64,000 bases of DNA. It comes from Octopus vulgaris. Its lineage: Eukaryota. Below, piece by piece: positions 55,829-64,000 of the stretch (position 1 is its first letter; each line of letters begins with the position of its first letter). The stretch is taken from contig OX597817.1 in the NCBI GenBank assembly GCA_951406725.2, forward strand, positions 28,334,001 to 28,398,000. The letters are read 5' to 3'. The notes beneath the pieces were generated by a model. It did not search any database, was not told where the DNA came from, and saw only the letters and a list, made by a program, of their open reading frames with translations. The translations under genes were made by a program, and so were the position numbers.

Positions 55829-56110
55829 ATATGCCGCGACACATATATATTCTTCAGCTTTAGTTCACACAAGTACTTTTCAAAAGTACGGTACATTCAA
55901 AATGTGTGTGTATGTGTGTACATATAAATATTTAGGCATTTGAATCAGAACACGTAGTGAAATTCAAAGAAACAAATTCGCGCCGCCTTTTCACATATCC
56001 ATGGTGATCATGCACGCGCGCGCACTCTCTCTCTCTCTCCCTCTCTCTCCCCAATACACACACTGTGTGAAGGCGCATAGGCCTTACAGGTGGGGGAGTG
56101 TTCGTCTTAC

Positions 56111-56182
56111 GATCTTTATTCTGTGTGTTGAATTCTTGGATTTTTCTGGAGTGCCTTGTTCAAGGCGCTCCAGTTTACTCAG
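56111..56182 (-). CDS. candidate 72-nt phase 0-0 exon (LSKLERLEQGTPEKSKNSTHRIKI)
   Basis: ttttcag|CTG...ATC|gtaaga; the frame is open and compatible with exon 63581-63724, but the pyrimidine tract is short. Confidence 0.3.
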
Positions 56183-56209
56183 CTGAAAATTGTGCCGGCC
56201 GAGTGCTGG

Positions 56210-56417
56210 CTCTCTCTCTCCCTTCCTCTCTCTCTCCCTCTCTCTCCCCCTCTCTCTCTTCTCCCTCTCTCTCTTCTCCCTCTCTCGCTCCCTCCCTCCC
56301 CCTCTCTCTTCTCCCTCTCTCGCTCTCTCTTCTCCCTCTCTCGCTCCCTCTCCTCCCCATCCCTCTCCTCCCCCTCTCTCTCTCTCCCTCCCTCTCCCTC
56401 CCCCTCTCTCCCTCTCT
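56210..56417. repeat. polypyrimidine (CT/CCCT)n tract
   Basis: About 200 nt of almost pure C/T on the + strand. Confidence 0.95.
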
Positions 56418-56744
56418 CACACACACTCGTCACCAACCCCATCTTACGCGCGAGTCAAAGGAGAGTGCTCGCGACTACGTAGGCACCTATATAGCGAAAG
56501 CATACATGAATGCCAAACCGTCTTCAATCGCGATTGACACTCGCTCTTTCATATGTAAGATAGAATCCACAAGCAAATATTAACACTCGACCGCGCGCAC
56601 ACACTTACACACACACACACACATTATGTGCGATCGAGTGCGAATAAATATTTTCGAATTCAAATTTCTCCTCAACCAGAAAACGAGTTTGTTTCAACTT
56701 GTTTCGAATACTCATCAGGAATTTTCTTTTATCAATTCAGAGAG

Positions 56745-56745
<1 letters not shown>

Positions 56746-56819
<74 letters not shown>

Positions 56820-56820
56820 G

Positions 56821-56864
<44 letters not shown>

Positions 56865-57000
56865 AGTCTGTCTGTCAATCTGCCTATCTATCTATCTGTC
56901 TATCAATCTGTCAATCTGTCTATCTATCTATCTGTCTATCAATCTGTCTATCAATCTATCTGTCTGTCTGTCTGTCTGTCTGTCTTTGCCTGTCTGTCTG
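56746..57000. repeat. (TATC)n/(TGTC)n microsatellite
   Basis: Direct reading. Confidence 0.95.
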
Positions 57001-57808
57001 TACAGCACATTACTTCAATGAAATAATTATACGCTAAACAATGAGTTGTTCATCCCGTAAATTGTACTGCAAAGTTTCAACATCATTATCTACGAGCTTG
57101 CGTTTATCATCTACTATAATAATACTCTTGTGTTTTTCTCCGTCACAACATATGAATAAGAAAGGAAGGGGTGATAGATGAATAAGGAAGGAAGGGGTGA
57201 TGGCAAAGTGGTAGTGGGATGATGGAAGTTCTACGGTGAAAAAAAAAAGCAGACAGCGTTTCAACTTTGCATGAGTATATATGTTGTATGTAAAAGGGAG
57301 GTTTGTGAATGTATGTGTGTGTGTGCGCAATGGAAGTGGGATGGTAAACACTCAACGCTGAAAAAAATCAAACAGCTTTTCAACTCTGTGTGAGTATATG
57401 TGTGTACATGTACATGGGAAGTATGTGAATGTTTGTATGTGTGAACTAGCGCTCTTTCACTAACAAACGCTGATCGATGTCACATCTCAAAAGACAACCA
57501 CTAGATAACATTGACAGGTGTATTAATTTGATTTACCATCTATATTCTATTTATTTTGATAACAATACTCATTACAATCACATACACACAAACACGTACA
57601 TATACAAACTCATTAGAGAAAATAATTATTGCTTGAGTCTATCAAGAATATAAAACGACTGCAGTTGAAAGGTATATTATAAATTTGATAATAAAAGAAT
57701 TATTAAACTAAAAACTTGGTTTGCACCTTATTTATATATAAAATACTACAAAAGCCGTCATTCTTGACAGTACAGGGTGAGCTACTTATCTAATATTCAT
57801 TAACCCAA

Positions 57809-58650
57809 GAAGGCGACGAGCTGGCAGAAACGTTAGCACGCCGAGTGAAATGCGTAGCTAGATTTTGCCTGCCCTATACGTTCTAAGTTCAAATTCCGCC
57901 GAGGTCGACTTTGCCTTTCATCCTTTCGGGGTCTATTAAATAAGTACCAGTTACGCACTAGAGTCGGGGTCGATAAATTAAGTACCAGTTGCGTACTGGG
58001 TCGATCTAATCGACTGGCCCCCTCCTCCAAAATTTCGAGCCTTGTGCCTAGAGTGGAAAAGAATATTCATTAACCCAACGTCGGCGAGCTGGCTGAGTCG
58101 TTAGCACTCCGGGAAAAATGCTTAGCAGCATTTCGTCCGTCTTTACGTTCTGATTTCGGATTCCGCCGAGAGGTCGTCTTTGACTTTCATCTTTTCGAGG
58201 TCGATAAAATAAGTACCAGTTGATCAATGGGCGACTTACCCCGCCCTACATTATTGGGTTTGCGCCAAAATTTGAAACCAACAATTATCCACTCGTATTT
58301 TGGTTAGAAACCTTCCAAATCGTGGAATGGATTGTTTGTAGGGGGCGAGGGTGTTATATTTTTGTGTATGTATATATATACATATGCACACACACATTAT
58401 TTGTGGAATTTATGATTATTTGATGGGAATATTTCATTTGCCTCTAAGGCAGCGAGCCGGTAGAATTGTTAGCACGCCGGCCGAAATGCTTAGCGGCATT
58501 TTGTCCGTCTTTACGTTCTGAGTTCAAATTCCACCGAGGTCGACTTTGTCTTTCATACTTACGGGTTCGATAAAATAAGTACCGGGGTCGATTTAATCGA
58601 CTTACCCCTGCCCCTAAATTGCTGGACTTCTGCCAAAATTTGGAACTAAA
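57809..58650 (+). mobile_element. three family-A SINEs (57809-58061 with 17-bp TSD; 58082-58285; 58447-58650)
   Basis: TSD aatattcattaacccaa at 57792-57808 and 58062-58078; the first copy has an internal duplication of ggggtc.at.aa.taagtaccagtt.cg.act. Confidence 0.9.
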
Positions 58651-59528
58651 ATTTCATTTACCTCATTTGTATGTTGTTCCATTGTCATTGAGAATGTTTA
58701 ATATTTGATATTTAATGCCGGATAAGCAGTCATGGATAATACAATCCAGGCAAAGGTACAGTTGTGTGGTTATGAATTTCGTTCCGCATCCACTTGATTG
58801 GAGCTTAATCTCATTGCATTAGTATTTTTACCGTTCGACCTCTTAAGTAAAAGGATATTAGCAGAACTAATATCCTCCTGTAAACCAAACCCCTTTATGA
58901 AAGAAGTTTGGTTAACGGAAACTTAAGCAGTATTAATCCGTAATTCAGTTTAACGCCATCACCTAACGTTTGAGCGCCTTCATCAAAGTTTACTCTGCTG
59001 TAAGTATTTGAACCGCCTCAATGGTATAACGATAAATCCTTTACTTTCTGACATCAGTCTCGGAGACCCTGAAGAGCGTCATGTGCGCTGCTCTCTTCCT
59101 CTGATAAAACATTAAAAACAATGCAGAATCACAATAACTAATCTCAGTGCCAAATCTTTAATGTAGTGGCTGCTTATTCCAAATTCAATCCTGCCGTTCT
59201 CACGCCCCTTTGTGTTTGTCAATTTAAAGAAAAAATATTCTGTAAGCTTGTGGCTGTTCTATTTGAAATTTGCATTAATTCTCAACTAGGAAAGCTGATA
59301 TAAACACGGGTTAAACTCAGAACCACAAAGTGACCGACTAACCTGCTAGAAATAGAGAACATTTCCCTCAAATCATAACCTCTCGTAAAAGTGTTATTGG
59401 ATGGTATATTCCTAGATATACAAAGCTTACAAACAAGATGGGATGGCCACTCTTAGAATATTTTAACACCTATTACCTTCTTAAAATGAATGACATATTG
59501 GATAATGCAGTCATAGATATACTACATA

Positions 59529-59761
59529 TGAAGGCGGCGAGCTGGCAGAAACGTTAGCACGCCGGGCGAAATGCTTAGCGGTATTTTGTCTGCCGCTACG
59601 TTCTGAGTTCAAATTCCGCCGAGGTCGACTTTGCCTTTCATCCTTTCGGGGTCGATTAAATAAGCACCTGTTACGCACTGGGGCTATATGTAATCGACTT
59701 AATACCTATGTCTGTCCTTGTTTGTCCCCTCTATGTTTAGCCCCTTGTGGGTAGTAAAGAA
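59529..59761 (+). mobile_element. full-length family-A SINE with 16-bp TSD
   Basis: TSD atagatatactacata at 59513-59528 and 59762-59777. Confidence 0.93.
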
Positions 59762-60215
59762 ATAGATATACTACATAAGACGAAACGGTCAAGGTTGAAC
59801 TGCTTCTCATCGTAGGTCTGCTTCATCAGAGCTGACATGGGGCCAAATGACAATAGAGACAATGAGCTGATACAAACTTTAAAACACAGCACTATTTCTC
59901 AGTCACGGGAATTACAAAACTAAATAAATAATTTTAGATAAAAAGAAACACGTGTATTAAAACAGAAATTGACACAAAGAATAACAATATTAAATAAAGG
60001 AATGAACAATATAAAAAGAATTCGAATTTTTAGAACGACTAAGATTGTCTTTTTTTTGTTTATTTTGTTCTGTTTTTTTTTTTGCTTTTGTTTTTAATAT
60101 GAATTCTTAGAATTAAAATTCTGTCTTAAAGAGAAAACTGAAAACAATGCCAACATTTGTTTCGTTCACTGAGTGAGCTCCATTCCGATAAACATCACAC
60201 GCATACGCACTCCTC

Positions 60216-60251
<36 letters not shown>

Positions 60252-60858
60252 AACAAAACACAAATACAAACAAACACGAGTACTTGAAAACAGTCTGTCT
60301 GACTAATCTCGAGATTAAATTGATCCAATTAAATTCATTCTAGCTTTTAACTAATAAATGATTTTTCTGTTTTCTTCTTTTGTTTTGTTTATTTTATTAA
60401 TTCCAAACCCACCCACCCTGCTCTCCTTTTCCACACCAGTTAAATTCCATCTTGCACATAAACCACGGCATTTAATTCTGTTCTTGATTTTGTTGGTAGT
60501 TCAACTACCATCAGAAATTTATCAAAATTACTCGTTTCTAAATTAACAAGGTGCAATCCGGGAAACGAGGAAACGGATTATAGTCTACTTTGGCAATAAT
60601 TAGTCCGTAGGGAAATTTGTCGAAGAGTTCTTTTGCTTGAAACATAAGATTCTTCACCTGAAGCATTAGATTCTTCGCACCTCACGGCCATTGAGTTTAT
60701 CGAATACATTTCTAAACTTAATTATTTTGTGTATTACTTGTTTGATTCTTATCTTAACAATGCTAGAAAATTGTTAGACCCTGAGTATTATTTTACACGC
60801 TTAAGTGTACGTAGCTTTTACAACTTCAAATTTAAATTGTATTTCATAACATGTTTGT

Positions 60859-61276
60859 TATTTCTTTACTGCCCACAAGGGGCTACACACAGAGGGGACA
60901 AATAAGGACAGACAAACGGATTAAGTCGATTATATAGACCCCAATGTGTAACTAGTACTTATTTAATCGACTCCGAAAGGATGAAAGGCAAAGTCGACCT
61001 AGGTGGAATTTGAACTCAGAACGTAGCGGCAGACGAAATACTTATTTCTTTATTGCCTACAAGGGGCTAAACATAGAGGGGACAAACAAGGACAGATAAG
61101 CGGATTAAGTCGATTATATCTACCCCAGTGCGTAACTGGTACTTATTTAATCGACCCCGAAAGGATGAAAGGCAAAGTCGACCATGGCGGAATTTGAACT
61201 CAGAACGTAGCGGCAGACGAAATACTGCTAAGCATTTCGTCCGGCGTGCTAACGTTTCTGCCAGCTCGCCGCCTTA
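60859..61276 (-). mobile_element. dimeric family-A SINE inserted as one unit (19-bp TSD)
   Basis: TSD tatttcataacatgtttgt at 60840-60858 and 61277-61295 brackets both monomers. Confidence 0.92.
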
Positions 61277-62939
61277 TATTTCATAACATGTTTGTATCTC
61301 TGTCTTTCCTTAATGGCCATCAATATGGTTTCGTGAGAGCCAGTTCTACCTGAGGCTAGTTTCTCTACACCATGTAACAATGTTGTGGCTTATTGTTGTA
61401 TGTTCTTTGTTGAAAGCAATAGTGTTGTCTTTGAGACCAGCTACTTTTTATCCATCGTCTGATACGAAAACATCAAGGACCAAAGCCTGTTAGTTTCATC
61501 CTATCTCTTGGTGATGATGTTTTTTTAACAGGCTGCAACATTTCAATGCAGTCAACCTCTCTCTCTCTCTCTCTCTACTTCTCTCTCTCCCCTACTCCCC
61601 TCTCATCCTCTCTCCTATTTCTCTTATCTGCTCTGTTGCGTTCAAAGTTTCGTTCATGTTTCCCACACTCTTCCTTCTATATTCTTATAGTCTGATTATC
61701 GTAATTTCTTATAAAGATTATTCTATTTATAATATCTCCTTAGTCCTCTTGATCCCAGAGCCGCCAAACAATTTTATGGATGATATTCCTTCTTTGTAAG
61801 ATAATAAAAAATAGTAAGATCTATTACATGTCGTCAAAAAGTAGGTTTTATTGCATACTCCCCGGTCAGCTGTAATCCAAAGACCTATAAAAACGTTCTA
61901 GCCATTAAAATCCCGTTTCTCCCAGACAAAAGATATATTGTACTGTACCAAATGTGCCCTTCCATTCTAAAGACTGTAGGTTAAGATTATCTTACTATTT
62001 CTAGTATCTTGGTTAAAAAAAAGTATGCTAAATGTTATTTTATGTTGTGTAATCGTTATAAGTTTTGCCGTATTACTGTCGAAAATTTGTTAGCTGTGCC
62101 TAGTTTGTTTCTCTGTAACTAAGAACCGCTGCCCAGACTAAGAACCACAGTTTTATATTAACGGAATGAAGGGATAAATATTTTAAGCATAAATTCGGTG
62201 AAAATTCGTTTAATAGAGGGTAGAGATGCAAGTTAGTCTAGCCTTAGTCGAAATAGGTTCAACATTTTCCAACTGGAAGACAGTATTGGATGCCTCGTCT
62301 CTGCTGGAGCAAACTTTTTAGATTAGGTCTTGACGAATTGACCAAGTTATTACAATTAAAAGAAATTAAAAGTTTTTAAGCATAAATAATATTATTAGAA
62401 GGCAACATCTTTTAATCTATGTTGTCGAAAGATCATCGAAGTTAGAAGCCAATGTTTCGTACAATGGAAGAATCGTTTTCAATATTTAAAAAAAAAATTA
62501 TTTTCAATTTATAATCATTATTTCAAATAAATGAGTAAAAAGGCTTTTGAAAATTTGCATTTTATCTTCGTTAGGGTTACAGCTACAGTAAGTAATTTGC
62601 TTGTACTACTTATAATATTATATTTAGTATAAAATTACAAGAATTATACCTAATAGGGTTGCAGAACCAGTTCCAGGGGAAAATTGTATTATTTATCTAT
62701 TATTTCCCATTTAGCAATTATATCGTAATGTCTTATCAGCTGCGCAATAGAAGGATCGAGTATGAACTACTATCTGTCTGTACTTAAGGAAACAGTTGAT
62801 TTTAAATGCGGCTCTACTAATAAGGATGATTTTTCGTCGTCAATGCGTTCTTGATTTAAGCACCACAGTTCTAACTGCTAATTACATCCAAATGATGTAT
62901 TTGATCAACCAAGACAATATAGTTGAAGTACAATTCCAC

Positions 62940-63063
62940 ATCTGTCTATCAGTCTGTCTGTCTGTGTGTCGGCCTACATGTTTTCCCGTGTATCAATCTC
63001 TTTCTTTTCCTCTCTCTATCTCTCTCCATCTATCTATCTATCTGTCTATCCATCCATCTGTCC

Positions 63064-63118
<55 letters not shown>

Positions 63119-63127
63119 CATCTGTCC

Positions 63128-63172
<45 letters not shown>

Positions 63173-63308
63173 ATCTATCTATCTAATCTATCTAATCTAT
63201 CTAATCTATCTAATCTATCTATCTAATCTATCTATCTAATCTATCTATCTTATCTATCTATCTTATCTATCTATCTATCTATCTATCTATCAACCCATCT
63301 ATCTGTCT
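62940..63308. repeat. (TATC)n/(TCTATCTAA)n microsatellite
   Basis: Direct reading. Confidence 0.93.
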
Positions 63309-63580
63309 ACACCGGACCGACTTGCTCGAGATGCGGTTAGAGCGACGAAACTGTTCTGCACGCACTCGTGCAGTGTCCATCCATTTCGGGCCTGTGGGCT
63401 TATGCCGAACGGCTGTTGACACGTGTGGGACGAGTCCGTCTGTCGGCCGAGTCTATCGTGACAATTGCTCTGCCACCTTCCCTCAACCGGGAAGGCAAAG
63501 CAGTCTTCATCGTACTGGTGGTCATGGTGAAAGAATGTGTGTAGTGGACTCGAGCGAAAGGATTAGAGACAAACACTTAC

Positions 63581-63724
63581 CTTTCTGGCTAATGGCTCAT
63601 CAACTTTTTCAAGTACCACTTGAAAAGGGTGAGAATGGAGAGGCAGGTTTTGCCTCGTGAAAGTTTCATAAAAAGGTGGGTGAAGATGGAGCGTGCGAAT
63701 GACGAAACCACTTTGAGCATGATC
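63581..63724 (-). CDS. candidate internal exon of an unidentified host gene (144 nt, phase 0-0; DHAQSGFVIRTLHLHPPFYETFTRQNLPLHSHPFQVVLEKVDEPLARK)
   Basis: Strong acceptor (ct)n-tcgatttacag|G and consensus donor AAG|gtaagt. Length is a multiple of 3 and only one frame is open. The protein family was not recognised. Confidence 0.55.
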
Positions 63725-63729
63725 CTGTA

Positions 63730-63761
<32 letters not shown>

Positions 63762-64000
63762 CACTTTGCCTTCATGTTTTTATTCCCTCCCTGCCTGAGG
63801 TTACCGTGGTCTTTTCCGTAGGCTTTTCTTTCCACAGATAAACCTAATCTTGTTTCTTACATTTTAAAAATGTTCTTCTGTGATACACGATCCCTTTTGA
63901 TCGCCTTTGTTTTCCGCGACCCCTTTTGATTGAAATTTTACATTTTTCTCTTTTTTTTCCTTTTTCTTTTTCATTTTCGAAAAAAAAAAGCTCTACATTT

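Noticed and set aside
59068-59110. CTGAAGA-gcg...cgc (and similar CTGATGA at 18565 and 31313, CTGAAGA at 24354)
   Set aside because: No GAAA or stem III follows the putative stem II.
63322-63660. 112-aa plus-strand ORF
   Set aside because: It has a non-ATG start in GC-rich sequence, and the splice signals favour the minus strand.

Overview
This is AT-rich eukaryotic DNA, not prokaryotic. It is most likely from an octopus (coleoid cephalopod), inferred from its tRNA-derived SINE families and the very high (TA)n/(TG)n/(TACA)n content. Nearly all ORFs in the supplied track are microsatellite translations. The window is dominated by four groups of tRNA-headed SINEs (several with target-site duplications, dimers or swapped modules). 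It also holds CR1/L2-type LINE 3' ends, a decayed Tc1 transposase gene, mariner/MITE ends and a non-autonomous Helitron. One well-bounded minus-strand exon candidate lies at 63581-63724, with weaker candidates at lower coordinates. The most notable signal, found by eye, is a set of short elements carrying type I hammerhead ribozyme motifs of the minimal Penelope-like/retrozyme kind, most of them embedded in (TA)n or AT-rich DNA. They show all three forms of the core 3-8 tertiary pair: canonical C3-G8 (16830, 25792, 35753), U3-A8 (29850) and G3-C8 (26932). The G3-C8 copy sits in a 281-bp near-perfect palindrome flanked by a 13-bp target-site duplication. All folds were assigned manually and none has been tested for activity.
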